A stretch of DNA of 64,000 nt from Escherichia phage MIZ6. The DNA lies in the sequence record OR192075.1; one strand, 5' to 3'. The translations under genes and the position numbers were made by a program. Under the pieces are notes generated by a model. That model was not told the origin of the DNA and did not search any database. It saw only the letters and a program-made list of their open reading frames with translations. Positions 44,128 through 55,468 of this stretch are shown here, piece by piece; position 1 is the first letter of the stretch; each line of letters begins with the position of its first letter.

Positions 44128-44718
44128 TTACTTTCTAAAAGCAGGGTGCATAGCTTTAATACCTTCCACCCTCTGACGATCCGCCGCCTGAATTGCTGGG
44201 CGAGGAACGATCAGTTGACCATCACGTTCAATGCTCATTGTTTTAAAGGGAAGAATTGCAGTACACACCAGAGATTCATGCATATCATCGGTGTATGTTA
44301 ACTCAAGTTCCCCCAATTGTGAACACCAACAACCATAAAAGTTAAAAGTGCACACAATGTTACGTCGTTCGTTGTCCATCATGTGAACTTGAACGGCTTC
44401 CGGCATTGAATCCTTCCACGCAGTGGAGTTACCGTTATTGTAGTCTACTATAGAAAGCATCCATGTGTAAAGGTTTAGATAGCTTTCCAAATGCTCATCG
44501 ACAATAAACCGGACTACCAACGGGTCAAACTCCACATGACTAGACGGATAATCAGCGACCGCCAAACCATATTGACCAGCAACTTGCTTAGTCGGTGGAA
44601 TGGTTATAGCCGGAAGTGTAACACCTTGAGCATTTAAAGTAAAGCCTTTTGTTAGTTGTCCATCTGGAATATTGATCTGCCAGTTGCTAGGGTTAGCATA
44701 GTTAAAGAGATTAGACAT
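44128..44718 (-). CDS. 3: tail completion/sheath stabiliser protein (gp3-like) by position
   Basis: 196 aa ORF between gene 1 and gene 2 as in T4; no independent motif. Confidence 0.5.
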   Translation of the reverse strand: MSNLFNYANPSNWQINIPDGQLTKGFTLNAQGVTLPAITIPPTKQVAGQYGLAVADYPSSHVEFDPLVVRFIVDEHLESYLNLYTWMLSIVDYNNGNSTAWKDSMPEAVQVHMMDNERRNIVCTFNFYGCWCSQLGELELTYTDDMHESLVCTAILPFKTMSIERDGQLIVPRPAIQAADRQRVEGIKAMHPAFRK

Positions 44719-44908
44719 TACTGATTCCTCAAATGAAAATATTTATTAACAATTGTCGCTTTGCGACGTGCCGTAGGCACTGACTACTTTTTAACCGAAA
44801 CAAATTTTTTATTATTCTAAAGATCTTTCTTCGTTTTGGTTATGTTTTAACCAATAACTATATTTTTATACAGTAATAAATAAAACGGGTACTATACGAG
44901 GACTTCTT

Positions 44909-45163
44909 ATGACAGAAGACATTTTGTTAAAACTCTATGATCGTCTGGATAACGAATTAGCAACATTGCGGGGTGAAGTTCTCTATTTGTCTAAATGCAA
45001 TACAGATCTGCTTAAGCAGATTGCAGAAAGGGATGATCAAATAAAATCCCTTTCAGGTGCATTACGTGATCGCGACAAGGCATTAGAGATTTTACAGCGT
45101 GTTACCAATAAGGAAGAATTAAAAGACTTCTTACATGGTTATGCTCATGCCATCGATCTATAA
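44909..45163 (+). CDS. hypothetical coiled-coil protein encoded on the opposite strand
   Basis: 84 aa plus-strand ORF in an otherwise minus-strand block; RBS CGAGGA 8 nt upstream; TAATAAATA motif upstream. Confidence 0.4.
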   Translation: MTEDILLKLYDRLDNELATLRGEVLYLSKCNTDLLKQIAERDDQIKSLSGALRDRDKALEILQRVTNKEELKDFLHGYAHAIDL

Positions 45164-45193
45164 TAAAAAAGCCCGTCAATGACGGGCTTAATC

Positions 45194-46015
45194 TTATGCA
45201 TCCTTCCAAACTTTCCTTGCGTCGTATTTCTTGCCTTTTGACATAAACTGATATGTAGGCATATAGATAATATTGCTCCAGTCTTTCGGGCTAATCTCAA
45301 CAAGTTTTGTTTTAATGTGTCCCGGTAGATATGCTTTGATCATGTGGTCACTACCACGCATACCTTTTACATCGCTCCATTTGATTTTTAAGCGTGTTTT
45401 ATTGCTCAAGGTAGGAGTAGATGCATATTGCTTTAAAAGTGCCTCTAAAAACTGCTGACGGGCTTTAGGCGTTACATAGTGTAAGTTAAGACCCAGCATT
45501 ACAGTATTACCCGCCTTTGTCTTAGAATCACCCAGACAAATGATCAGCGGGAAAACATCCCAATATGGCAAAGTGTCTTTATACTTCGCATCATACATAA
45601 AGGTATAGATTCGCCCTACTTGCGGTTTTACAATCTGGTGTCCCTTTATTCCCGCTTTTATTGTTTTAGTAAACCACTCCTGTGATTTTTCTTTAGGACG
45701 ACTCTTTGATACAGCACGCATAGACGCACGAAAATCATTAATCATCATCATTGCGCGTTGCTGCTTATTGAGACCCTTTGCACTTTTCCCTTTTAGTTTT
45801 TCAACTTCTATTGCTGTTTTAATTTCGCTGGCATAACGAGACATACTTTTAGTGAAAGTCGCATAGGCTATTCCCTTAGAATCTGCAAATGCTTTAGCTG
45901 TCATTCCTTTGGCTTTTGTTTTCGCAAATTCTACACCCAATTCGACCCACTGTTTAGACTTTCTTTTTTGGGGAGACGGCTTTTCGTCTTCGGTGATTAT
46001 TTCAAATACGCTCAT
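45194..46015 (-). CDS. 2: DNA end protector protein (gp2-like) by position and size
   Basis: 273 aa basic protein between gp3 and gp4, matching the size of T4 gp2 (274 aa). Confidence 0.6.
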   Translation of the reverse strand: MSVFEIITEDEKPSPQKRKSKQWVELGVEFAKTKAKGMTAKAFADSKGIAYATFTKSMSRYASEIKTAIEVEKLKGKSAKGLNKQQRAMMMINDFRASMRAVSKSRPKEKSQEWFTKTIKAGIKGHQIVKPQVGRIYTFMYDAKYKDTLPYWDVFPLIICLGDSKTKAGNTVMLGLNLHYVTPKARQQFLEALLKQYASTPTLSNKTRLKIKWSDVKGMRGSDHMIKAYLPGHIKTKLVEISPKDWSNIIYMPTYQFMSKGKKYDARKVWKDA

Positions 46016-46026
46016 AATATTATCCT

Positions 46027-46500
46027 CTATTTGTTAAGCCCTTTAAAGCCAAACACTTTCTTTAATGCATGTTCGGTTATGATCTTAAACTCCATGTTAT
46101 GCTTTTGGCATAATTTCACGGCAGCTAACCATTTTTCAGTATTTTTTGTGTATGTCCATACTTCATGCATATATCGTTGCTTTGTCTTCGCGGTCATTCT
46201 TTTTGGCTTTTCCGGTGGCCTTGTCTCTTTAGCTGGTTTAACTTCCCATAAATGCTCCTTGCCATCATCAAACTTAACGTAAAAATCCATAAAGTATCTG
46301 TGTCTTTTTCCGTCGGTTGATGACTCATAAGGAATTACTACGGTCTCAGATCCCCATTTTGCAACTCTAGGATTGCGGTCTAAAAATTTCATTATATGTA
46401 ATTCCCAACTTGACCTGTAGACGATTTTTTTCAGGTCGCCTTTATACTTCTCAGGATTTTCAGGTCTATATTTACCCTTATATGTGTTGCAATTACCCAT
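46027..46500 (-). CDS. 4: head completion protein (gp4-like)
   Basis: 157 aa; GNCNTYKGKYRPENPEKYKGD...IVYRSSWE...VVIPYES...HRYFMDF...EVKP...KWLAAVKLCQKHNMEFKIITE parallels T4 gp4 as recalled. Confidence 0.75.
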   Translation of the reverse strand: MGNCNTYKGKYRPENPEKYKGDLKKIVYRSSWELHIMKFLDRNPRVAKWGSETVVIPYESSTDGKRHRYFMDFYVKFDDGKEHLWEVKPAKETRPPEKPKRMTAKTKQRYMHEVWTYTKNTEKWLAAVKLCQKHNMEFKIITEHALKKVFGFKGLNK

Positions 46501-47195
46501 TATACCACCTTCTTCTTGCAGTTGTCACCATGCCATCTAACATAATTTCCCTGATTGGCTGTTTTTCCACAATGAGGACAGGTGAAATACGGACGGGACT
46601 TTGACAATTCACTATATTTTTGTTTCATTTCTGGTGTGTTATGAATACGTTTCCATTTCTCTACGTTTTCTTGTGACAACTTTCTACCCTTACCCGCTTT
46701 AGAGATGTTGTCTCTCCATTCTTGTGTAATTTCTCTTGACGCAATATTTCTTTTATGTTCTTCTGTAAACACTCTACCTTTTAATGAAGCAGATAATTTC
46801 TGTCGATGTTCCTCAGACAATTTAATTCCTTTTCTCTTTCCTTTAGTTGCTTCTGATATTCTGCGTCTAGTCTCTTCGGATCTTTTTCTTCCTGTATGAA
46901 ATTTTCTTGAAGTCTCGACCGCAAGTTTTCTTACCCACTCAAATTGTTTATTGTTATAGTTGGTAGACCCCATCAATATTTTCGCCGCATGTACAACTCC
47001 GTGATGTGTTGGATGCATTTTTGCTAAAAGTTGATGAGCAACAAAATGTTCAGACCCCGTTAACTCCACTATATTTTCTGGACTATCATCGCCTCCCATA
47101 CAACGAGGAATAATATGATGTTTTTCTTTATATCCTTCAAGCGTTCTATGCTTTGCGCGTTCAATTAATCGATCATAATGTTTTTGATAGTCCAT
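46500..47195 (-). mobile_element. free-standing HNH homing endonuclease with NUMOD3 DNA-binding repeats (Mob-like)
   Basis: 231 aa; HNH core EKHHIIPRCMGGDDSPENIVELTGSEHFVAH followed by at least four repeats of G(R/I)K.SEE(T/H)(R/K).(K/R)IS; C-terminal Zn finger CPHCG...C; inserted between gene 4 and gene 53. Confidence 0.8.
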
Positions 47196-47210
47196 TTTAG
47201 CACCCTTTAT

Positions 47211-47218
47211 TATAAATA
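47211..47218 (+). promoter_or_regulatory. T4-type late promoter for gene 53
   Basis: Exact TATAAATA 33 nt upstream of the gene 53 ATG; embedded between inverted repeats AGCACCC (47199-47205) and GGGTGCT (47241-47247). Confidence 0.55.
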
Positions 47219-47250
47219 CATAATACTATTTATCAATTGAGGGTGCTAAA

Positions 47251-47805
47251 ATGCTCTTTTCTTTCTTCCCTGCCATTGAATACAACGGCAAGATGATTAC
47301 TGACATTGTGCGCAATTACCGCGCATATTTCAACGCAATAATTTCTGATTATAACATACAAACATATTACATTCAAGGGAGTCCACGACCGGAACAAGTT
47401 GCATATGAAGTATACGGAAACCAACAACTTTATTGGATCTTGCTGATGCTTAATGACGTATACGATCCGTTCCATGACTGGATCACCGATCAAGAGACAG
47501 CATATGAATCAGCCGAACAGCGATATGCAAATGTAGGAGGAAATCAAGTATTATACCACGTTGATATTGACGGAAACAAGTATTGGAATCTTACCGAATA
47601 TCCGAAAGGATCAAGCAATTGGTATGATAAAGGGGATATTCATCATCGTCATTTGCAGTTTCAAGGTGCACTATCGGCAGTAGACACACTGGAAGATGCG
47701 ATCCTCCGTAATGAGGAACGACGCAAGATCAAGATCATAGATCCTACACAAATTAAACAATTTATTAATGCATTCATTCGAGAAATGGAAAAGGCTGATG
47801 TGTAA
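47251..47805 (+). CDS. 53: baseplate wedge protein gp53
   Basis: 184 aa; MLFSFFPAIEY...YYIQGSPRPEQVAYEVYGNQQLYWILLMLNDVYDPFHDWIT...NVGGNQVLYHVD parallels T4 gp53. Confidence 0.92.
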   Translation: MLFSFFPAIEYNGKMITDIVRNYRAYFNAIISDYNIQTYYIQGSPRPEQVAYEVYGNQQLYWILLMLNDVYDPFHDWITDQETAYESAEQRYANVGGNQVLYHVDIDGNKYWNLTEYPKGSSNWYDKGDIHHRHLQFQGALSAVDTLEDAILRNEERRKIKIIDPTQIKQFINAFIREMEKADV

Positions 47806-47816
47806 GGTGATTAATT

Positions 47817-49616
47817 ATGCTAATGTTTAATAACTCCGTTAAATGGTTTACCGGAATTGTAGAAAACAGGGAAGACCCATTAATGCTGGGGCGTGTTCAG
47901 GTTAGGATTCATGGTATACATCCCTCGCTATCCGCACACGGTGACATTCAAGGTCTTCCAACCGAAGATCTATTATGGATTACGCCAGTACAAGATATTA
48001 CAAGCGCGGCGATCTCCGGTATAGGTCAAAGCCCTACTGGTATTGTTGAAGGTTCAATGGTATTTGGTTTGGCTTTAGATGAACGTTATTTAAACTGCGT
48101 TATTCTGGGTACTATTGCCGGACAATATACAGAGAAACCACTCACTACAGAGGGTTTTTGTGACCCTTCTGGTGCATATCCTCGTTATATTGGTAATGAT
48201 GTTAATATTCTTGCTCGTGGCGGTATTAACCCAGAAACCGGACAAACAACAAAACCTGATAGTGTCTATATTCGAGATGAAAACACTGGAGTTGCAGTAA
48301 ATCCAGACGACGAGCCATTAGACCAAATTCCGGTTGATGATAATCCTGATTTTACAATAGAAAAAATGCTGCGGGGCGATGAGGGATATCGCGAGAAATG
48401 GTATCTTGATTCAGAAGGATATCCGACAATAGGCATCGGGCATTTGATCATTTATAAGAAAACCAGTGATCTTGGTATTATCAATAATGAACTTTCTAAG
48501 CTGGTAGGGCGTGAAGTTACAAACGGAAGACTTACCGCCGAAGAAGTTAGTAAAGTATTTGCCGACGATATAGAAAAGACTCGTCGTGATATGCGCAAAC
48601 ATCCACGAATTGCACCTGTCTATAATAAATGTAATGCCTCTCGTCGCATGGCATTAGAAAATATGGCGTTTCAAATGGGTGTTGGTGGATTGGGTAAATT
48701 TAAGAATAGTCTTGCTGCGATGTTAGCGGAAGAATGGAAACAAGCCTATGATGGATTACGTCAATCTGTATGGGCTAACCAAACTCCAGGACGCTCCAGC
48801 CGTGTTTCTAAAATTATTTTAACTGGTAACTTAGAATCATATGGCGTAATTGCTCCAAAGAAAGAGGAATCAATTTCTGATGATCCGCGAGCACGTTTAA
48901 GAAATGCCCGTATTGCGGCCTATAAGACGCAGAGAGCAGAAGAAGACCCAGAAGCACCGTTTACCCCACAAGACACACGAATCATGTTTAAAGAGCCTAA
49001 GAGTTCGTATTCTGCAAGGTATCCATATAACCATGTGTACGAGTCAGAGAGCGGTCATATTATCGAGATTGATGATACTCCTTCTCATGAGCGATATCAT
49101 CGTAAACATCCTTCTGGTACATTTGAAGAAACCAGACCGGACGGAACGAGGGTAGAAAAGATTGAAGGCGATGATTATCTGATCGTTAAACAAGGCCGGA
49201 AAGTAAACGTCAAGGGTAATTTGCAAGTTGTTGTTGAAGGTGACGCGCAAGTTTATTATATGGGTAATGTGATGCAAACCGTTGATGGTAACGTCACTGA
49301 ATTTATTCGTGGCAATGTTAATCAGACCGTTGAAGGTACTGCTAACATGCATGTTGTTGGTGATGTTATCGCACAGCTTGACGCTAATTTGACGGCTAAC
49401 GTCAAGGGTAATGCTGAATTAATGATCGAGGGTAACACTACCGAAACAATTAAAGGTAACTATGATTTAACCGTTGAGGGTAATTTTAATATGACAGTCA
49501 ATGGCACTAAATCAGATCAGGTTAATGGTGACTGGTCCCGTAATTGTGGTGCAAGCGTTAAAGATATTGCATCTGGTACAGTTAAAATTGATGGTAGCCG
49601 TATTGATCTTGGGTGA
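47817..49616 (+). CDS. 5: baseplate central spike with lysozyme domain (gp5)
   Basis: 599 aa; central T4-lysozyme-like domain (EKMLRGDEGYREKWYLDSEGYPTIGIGHL...MAFQMGVGGLGKF...VWANQTPGRSSRV) and C-terminal beta-helix repeats (VxGN...). Confidence 0.92.
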   Translation: MLMFNNSVKWFTGIVENREDPLMLGRVQVRIHGIHPSLSAHGDIQGLPTEDLLWITPVQDITSAAISGIGQSPTGIVEGSMVFGLALDERYLNCVILGTIAGQYTEKPLTTEGFCDPSGAYPRYIGNDVNILARGGINPETGQTTKPDSVYIRDENTGVAVNPDDEPLDQIPVDDNPDFTIEKMLRGDEGYREKWYLDSEGYPTIGIGHLIIYKKTSDLGIINNELSKLVGREVTNGRLTAEEVSKVFADDIEKTRRDMRKHPRIAPVYNKCNASRRMALENMAFQMGVGGLGKFKNSLAAMLAEEWKQAYDGLRQSVWANQTPGRSSRVSKIILTGNLESYGVIAPKKEESISDDPRARLRNARIAAYKTQRAEEDPEAPFTPQDTRIMFKEPKSSYSARYPYNHVYESESGHIIEIDDTPSHERYHRKHPSGTFEETRPDGTRVEKIEGDDYLIVKQGRKVNVKGNLQVVVEGDAQVYYMGNVMQTVDGNVTEFIRGNVNQTVEGTANMHVVGDVIAQLDANLTANVKGNAELMIEGNTTETIKGNYDLTVEGNFNMTVNGTKSDQVNGDWSRNCGASVKDIASGTVKIDGSRIDLG

Positions 49617-49624
49617 GGTAACTA

Positions 49625-50191
49625 ATGGTTGAAATTCTTCCGATGAGTTCAAAATTGGAGGATATCAGCGAGCGAGAAATCTTTGAGGTGGTGTTCTCTT
49701 ATAAAGCAACGCCACCGGATGCAAATACCACATACACGATTAAAGAGTTTAAGATCAGCGAGTATCGCCCTAATAAGGGCGTTACCGTTGAAGAAACTAA
49801 AATATCTGGTGAGTATCGGGATAGTTTTTCGCTTGGCGCGGATTCTCTTAAATATATAACGAAAGATAGAATTAAAAAATCTGCCGGAAGTTTTGATGAT
49901 TTACCAGATCCAACTACCGCAGATCTATATTATTTTAACGCTCCTACACGTCTACAGGAGGTTTATACTTATAAAGTCACCCTAACCTATATCCAATCTG
50001 TTTCAGAGTCTTCTGGTGGTTCTGGTGAAGGAAATAGTGGTGGTTCCAATAGCCGAGAGGGTGCTGGTGAAACTAATCCGCCTCCGGTAGTAACCGAACA
50101 CACAATAGAGAAAGTTTATACTCAAACCGTTTTTGGAAATTGGGATGTGTGGGCGCAGCAACTAAGAGATTATGTACATAGGGGTGTTTAA
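49625..50191 (+). CDS. hypothetical baseplate-associated protein (gene 5.1-position)
   Basis: 188 aa ORF between gene 5 and the PAAR gene; Gly/Ser-rich segment [20 protein letters not shown]. Confidence 0.4.
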   Translation: MVEILPMSSKLEDISEREIFEVVFSYKATPPDANTTYTIKEFKISEYRPNKGVTVEETKISGEYRDSFSLGADSLKYITKDRIKKSAGSFDDLPDPTTADLYYFNAPTRLQEVYTYKVTLTYIQSVSESSGGSGEGNSGGSNSREGAGETNPPPVVTEHTIEKVYTQTVFGNWDVWAQQLRDYVHRGV

Positions 50192-50484
50192 TGGCTGGAT
50201 TATCCTACGATAACGCTAAAACTACAGGGCACGGAAACTACCCACCTACGGTAATTAATGCAACTCAATCTAAGGTATTTGTTGAGGGTATCCCTGTATT
50301 AGTCGAAGGAGACCCAATTACACCACACACAAAAACAACAAAGCCTTATGATACACACGGGGGAACTACGGTCGCCAGTACCCCGAAAGTATTTGTTACC
50401 GGAAAGAAAGCAATTCAAATGGCAGATCGTATTAGCTGTGGCGATACCGTCGCTATGGCATCACCGAAGGTATTCATAAAATGA
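50191..50484 (+). CDS. 5.4: PAAR-repeat spike tip protein (gp5.4-like)
   Basis: 97 aa; PAAR-like repeats ([18 protein letters not shown]; [21 protein letters not shown]). Confidence 0.75.
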   Translation: MAGLSYDNAKTTGHGNYPPTVINATQSKVFVEGIPVLVEGDPITPHTKTTKPYDTHGGTTVASTPKVFVTGKKAIQMADRISCGDTVAMASPKVFIK

Positions 50485-52385
50485 CAAAGCAAAAGATTAC
50501 ACAAATTCCTGATATTTTTAATGCTGCTACATTCGATGAAATTAAAAGCGCATTAACAGACTGGATGAGAAACCAGGAAGAATTTAAAGATTTTGATTTT
50601 AATGGTGCTGGTATTAACGTATTGATGGACTTGCTCGCATATAACACTCTGTATATTCAGCAATTCGCTAACGCCGCGCTATATGAATCTTTTATCAGAA
50701 CGGCAATTAAGCGTAGTTCAGTTGTTCAAGCCGCGCAAGATTTAGGATATTTGCCAGCAAGTAAAACTAGTGCATCGACTACAATTATGTTGCACGTAAC
50801 ACATCCGCGAAATCCGGCAAGTATTCGAATCCCACGAGGAACTAAATTTATTGCAAGTGTGGATCGCCAGACTTCTTACCCGTTTGTGACTACAGAAGAC
50901 GTTGTGAGCGTTTTAGGTTCAAATGGTTTATATACGCCTATGCTTAAAGTCGCACAAGGTCGTATTGTTCGTACAGAAATGTTATTTGATCCGAAGAAAC
51001 AAATTCTGATCCGCGATCCTGATATTGACCGCGCTCAGGTTAAGTTGTGGGTAGATGGTGCTGAATGGAAAGACTGGACGCGAGAAAGTATTGTTAATGC
51101 AACTGGCGCTAGTAATATTTTCTATATGCGTGAAACCGTAGACGGACATACTGAAATTTTCTTTGGTGAGGGTGAATCAACTTTATCTGCCGCTGGCGGT
51201 GCACTGGAAGCAAATTATATTGGTGGACTTAAGCCGTCAACTGGTGCTAATATTGTTATCGAATATATCAGCACTAAAGGCGCGGAAGCAAACGGTTCAG
51301 TTAATTTCACATACGCGGATACATTGGCATCAATTTCTATTGTTAAAATTATTGAGAATCCGACAAATGATCGTGATTATGTCGGTGCAGATGGTGGTGG
51401 TGATCCTGAATCAATCGAACGTATCCGTGAACTTGCTCCGGTAATGCGTGAATCTCAGCGTCGTTGTGTGACTGCTTCCGACTATGAGGCTTTTGTGTCT
51501 AGCCGTTTTGGTAGTATTGTTCAGGCGGTACAATGTTTCACCGACCGAGAAAAACCGGGTTATGCTTTTGTTGCTGTTAAGCCTAAATCTGGCTTGCGCT
51601 TGACAACCGTTCAAAAAGAAGATATGCGGGATTATCTGGCAAAATATAACCTTGCCCCTATCACGCCGAGCATCATTGACCCTAACTATCTGTATATTAA
51701 ACAGAATATTAAAGTTTCCTATTCAATCAACGACTTGTCAGAATCAGAGCAGTGGTTGCGCGGTGCGGTTATTGATCAGATTGATGCATATTATACCGAC
51801 GAAGTGGAAATTTTTAACCAGACCTTTAGTAAGTCTAAAATGCTTGCGCGTATTGACAAAGCTGATGTATCTGTGATAGGTTCTAGTGCAGAAATCGAGA
51901 TGGTGCGAGAGATCGACAACTTCTATAAAGCACCGATGGCTGGAATCAAGTTTTTAAACCAGTATAAGAGCGGAATCAAGTCTAGTTCATTCAACTTCGA
52001 AAAGGACGACAAGCAATATCCAATCCATTATGTAAGTACAGAAATGAACAAAGAATCCGGTTTAGCTAAATTGCTGGTTGGACCTTTCCCTGTTGATTCT
52101 ACAATCGCTTTACCGCACTATTCCGGCACTGATTTTGATAAAGAGGTTATTGACGGGGCGGACCTATACTTTGAGGTTGGAGAGGTTCAGCATTATGACG
52201 ACCTTATTTCATGGGATCTGGGTAAACTGAATATCAATAGCGATCGCTTTACTGGTTCATATATTGAGTTGACAGCTAAACCGATTGCTGATAACATCTT
52301 TACTAAAGACGGTTCTTTGATCGTGTTTGAAAACGATCTCCGTCCTCAGTACACAACTATTAGTCTGGAGGCAATTGCTCAATGA
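50481..52385 (+). CDS. 6: baseplate wedge protein gp6
   Basis: 634 aa; [28 protein letters not shown]...[17 protein letters not shown]...[18 protein letters not shown]...[17 protein letters not shown]...[12 protein letters not shown] colinear with T4 gp6. Confidence 0.93.
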   Translation: MTKQKITQIPDIFNAATFDEIKSALTDWMRNQEEFKDFDFNGAGINVLMDLLAYNTLYIQQFANAALYESFIRTAIKRSSVVQAAQDLGYLPASKTSASTTIMLHVTHPRNPASIRIPRGTKFIASVDRQTSYPFVTTEDVVSVLGSNGLYTPMLKVAQGRIVRTEMLFDPKKQILIRDPDIDRAQVKLWVDGAEWKDWTRESIVNATGASNIFYMRETVDGHTEIFFGEGESTLSAAGGALEANYIGGLKPSTGANIVIEYISTKGAEANGSVNFTYADTLASISIVKIIENPTNDRDYVGADGGGDPESIERIRELAPVMRESQRRCVTASDYEAFVSSRFGSIVQAVQCFTDREKPGYAFVAVKPKSGLRLTTVQKEDMRDYLAKYNLAPITPSIIDPNYLYIKQNIKVSYSINDLSESEQWLRGAVIDQIDAYYTDEVEIFNQTFSKSKMLARIDKADVSVIGSSAEIEMVREIDNFYKAPMAGIKFLNQYKSGIKSSSFNFEKDDKQYPIHYVSTEMNKESGLAKLLVGPFPVDSTIALPHYSGTDFDKEVIDGADLYFEVGEVQHYDDLISWDLGKLNINSDRFTGSYIELTAKPIADNIFTKDGSLIVFENDLRPQYTTISLEAIAQ

Positions 52386-55300
52386 TTAAAGCGCCTAGTG
52401 TAACTAGCTTGACAATAGAAAAATTGTCTGCTAATCAGGCGTATATCACATGGGATGACGTAGGCGAAAACTTCTTTTATTTTGTGGAGTTAGCCGAAAC
52501 CAGAACACGAGACGGGGAGATCATCCCCGTCGATGAGTTAAGCTGGGTAAACCTGGGATATACTGCCGAACAAAACTGGTTTGAGGATAAAAACCTTTTT
52601 CCAGAATATTATTACAAGTTTCGTGTAGCAGTAGCCGCAGAAGGATTTGAACAAAGTAAATGGGTTGAGACAGAAGAGTTTCAGACATTTAAAACAAACG
52701 CATATAATTTTTCTATGATGCGAGAGTTCAACCTTGCAAACGAGTTTATAAAGGAAAAATTTACATACGATAATCGAGAGTATGTCAAGTTTAATACTGA
52801 CCTGATTCAAGCATCATTGATGAAGGAAGATTTTGTCTTTAGTCCTGAATATGCAAACATGACAAATATCTCAAACTACATTGTAGTTGATGAGAACTTT
52901 CATGAAATACAGGACCACATAGAAAAAGTTTGTACTGATATAAACCGCACTATGTTAGCGGAAATGAACGGTGTTTTGTACCTTTTCGAACGGTTCCAGC
53001 CGATCGTGAAAGTGTCAAATGATAAAGGCCAATCATGGAAAGCATACAAGGCTTTTAATGACCGTGTAGGCAATCCGGTTTCCCGTACATGCGTTTATCA
53101 GTCTAAAACCACTACTTACGTTTTAGGATATGATCGAATCTTTTACGGACGACAAGCGAGCGATACTCGATGGAGCGCGGACGATGTTCGATTTAGTGAT
53201 GATACGATCACTTTTGCAAAGGTCGGTGACGAAAACGATTTAGGCTTTGACGTTGAGGTCTTTGGTGTATTTTCCAGATTAACAGGTGATACCACAAAAT
53301 ACGCCGAAGCTATGGCGTGTAGTGATGACTATTTGTGGGTTGGTGCTAAAGATGTTATTCGCAGGATTCGTCTTAAGAATACTCCTGTTGATACCGTACA
53401 GGGTTCGCCTACGTTTGGAGAAAAAATATTCGATCCTGATGTTATCCGAGTAACAGGAAATGATAAAGCTGTCATTCAGAAAATGGATGTGATCGACGGT
53501 AAATTGCTTGTATTTGTTACGGGTGAAGTTAAACAGCTTTATCAAGATCCAACTAAACCAGAAAACGTTGTTCCGTCAGATGATGCTGGTGTATACTTAA
53601 TAGGGAGTGATGGTCTGTCTTTTCAGAGAGTATTTGGCAACACTCCGCAGGAAAGGGAATATATTCAGCATGGGTTCAGTAATATGTCAACCAATGGTGA
53701 TGAGGTGTTCATAAGCCATTATAATCATCACTTCGAAAGCATTTTACCTGATCCAGAAACTGCCGAGAAATATGAATTGGGCGAAGCTGTAAAATATTCT
53801 CAGGAGCCAACTTATCTAACTGATAAGAAAATACATCAAACTACTTTCAGAGCAAGTTATGATGATTTGCGTATTTGGGAGTTAGGACCGCAAGCGTATT
53901 ATAACGAGGCTGATTATACATGGATGCGTCGAAACGGTGTCCGTGTGTGGATCACAAATGATAATCGCCCGTTGGTTGTTTATCCAGAGGTTATCTATAC
54001 TCAAGAAGTTGATACGTCTGGCATTCTTGACCAAAATAGGGTCAACCGAGAAGTTTATGATAAAGGGACCGTGACCTGTTATCTTAACAATGTTAAATTT
54101 GAAGGATTCAAACAATATGCATCCGGTGTAATGTTCCATAAAAACACAGGAGAGATCATAGGATTCTATCAATTTAATTATCGTGTTCGTGATCAGGTTG
54201 GTGTATATTGGAAACCTACAAATGTAGCATTTGTTGCTGAATTGCAAAATCAGGTTCGAGAGGTTCCCTGGGTTCCGGTTCACTACGATCGAGAGCAAGA
54301 TCCAGATTTGCGGCCTTTACTGAATAAGATGACCCCTGATAGCTTTTTACTTGAGAACGAAAATTTCAGAAAATTCTCTGAATATTATCTGCAATTCTTA
54401 AGCGATGGTTCAGGAACATATTATAATAAACTAAAAAATCTGATTAAAAACAAATATCCACGCGAGAAAGATGCATATGAGTATCTTTGGTCAGAGATGA
54501 ACAAACGAAACATCTATGCAGATAAAAACAAGCGAGATGCGGTAGTAAGATTCTTTGAATCCCGCAAATCAGATTTTTATTCCACTAAGGGCGTGGAGGC
54601 TTCTTATAAGTTCTTGTTTAAGTTACTTTATAATGAAGATGTGGAAATTGAGGTTGAATCACAAGCCGGACTAGAGTATGATATTGTTGTTAGTTCAACG
54701 AACATTGACGAGGATATCGTAGGTCGCACGATTTATACTCCAACCGGACGGGCTAACGTGACGTATCTTGAAAGGGAATATGAAGGTGGTCGCCTACGCT
54801 GGCGAGTAACCATTCATAACCTGATCGGGCGGTTCGAAGAAGGTCAAGTGATCAAATCAGAGAAAACAGCGTTTGAAGGGATGATCCTTGTTGGTGTACG
54901 TGGTAAAGAGTTGTTGAGTAGTTCAATCGACTATATCAACCGCTCACGAAGCCAATACACCATGAAGATTAAAAGTGCATTGCCAGTTTCGCGCTATGCA
55001 AATGATGTAATGCGATTCGTTCATCCTGTCGGCTTTGGGTTTATCGGTGTTACCCTGCTTACAATGTTCATTAACAGCGGGTTAAGCATGAAGCACACCG
55101 AGACTATAATTCAATCTCTGAAAAATTATAAGTTTGACAGCGGATTGCCTAGCGTGTATCCTGATCGGGTGGCAGACCTTGACGTTGACGGAAACATTAA
55201 GAAAGACCCGCTTACCGGAAAAGCATTATATTTGACTTCACCTTTAATTGGTGAAGAATTTCCGGTTCCTCCTGAATATGATCAGGAGAACAGCGAATTG

Positions 55301-55468
55301 TTCCACGGACTTAAAGCAAGCGAACGAAGATTTGCAATGAGTCCACTGTTTGACCAGTCGGCGGTAACATTCTCTATGTTCCGTGAACTTGTAGATAAAC
55401 GGTTGAAGGATAATATAGGGAATCCACGCGATCCGAAGAATCCGACACAGAGGAAAATTAATGGCTAA
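52382..55468 (+). CDS. 7: baseplate wedge initiator gp7
   Basis: 1028 aa (T4 gp7 is about 1032 aa), between gp6 and gp8 with overlapping stop/start. Confidence 0.8.
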   Translation: MIKAPSVTSLTIEKLSANQAYITWDDVGENFFYFVELAETRTRDGEIIPVDELSWVNLGYTAEQNWFEDKNLFPEYYYKFRVAVAAEGFEQSKWVETEEFQTFKTNAYNFSMMREFNLANEFIKEKFTYDNREYVKFNTDLIQASLMKEDFVFSPEYANMTNISNYIVVDENFHEIQDHIEKVCTDINRTMLAEMNGVLYLFERFQPIVKVSNDKGQSWKAYKAFNDRVGNPVSRTCVYQSKTTTYVLGYDRIFYGRQASDTRWSADDVRFSDDTITFAKVGDENDLGFDVEVFGVFSRLTGDTTKYAEAMACSDDYLWVGAKDVIRRIRLKNTPVDTVQGSPTFGEKIFDPDVIRVTGNDKAVIQKMDVIDGKLLVFVTGEVKQLYQDPTKPENVVPSDDAGVYLIGSDGLSFQRVFGNTPQEREYIQHGFSNMSTNGDEVFISHYNHHFESILPDPETAEKYELGEAVKYSQEPTYLTDKKIHQTTFRASYDDLRIWELGPQAYYNEADYTWMRRNGVRVWITNDNRPLVVYPEVIYTQEVDTSGILDQNRVNREVYDKGTVTCYLNNVKFEGFKQYASGVMFHKNTGEIIGFYQFNYRVRDQVGVYWKPTNVAFVAELQNQVREVPWVPVHYDREQDPDLRPLLNKMTPDSFLLENENFRKFSEYYLQFLSDGSGTYYNKLKNLIKNKYPREKDAYEYLWSEMNKRNIYADKNKRDAVVRFFESRKSDFYSTKGVEASYKFLFKLLYNEDVEIEVESQAGLEYDIVVSSTNIDEDIVGRTIYTPTGRANVTYLEREYEGGRLRWRVTIHNLIGRFEEGQVIKSEKTAFEGMILVGVRGKELLSSSIDYINRSRSQYTMKIKSALPVSRYANDVMRFVHPVGFGFIGVTLLTMFINSGLSMKHTETIIQSLKNYKFDSGLPSVYPDRVADLDVDGNIKKDPLTGKALYLTSPLIGEEFPVPPEYDQENSELFHGLKASERRFAMSPLFDQSAVTFSMFRELVDKRLKDNIGNPRDPKNPTQRKING

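Noticed and set aside
53882-54298. Minus-strand 138-aa ORF inside gene 7
   Set aside because: Antisense to gp7 in the late structural operon.
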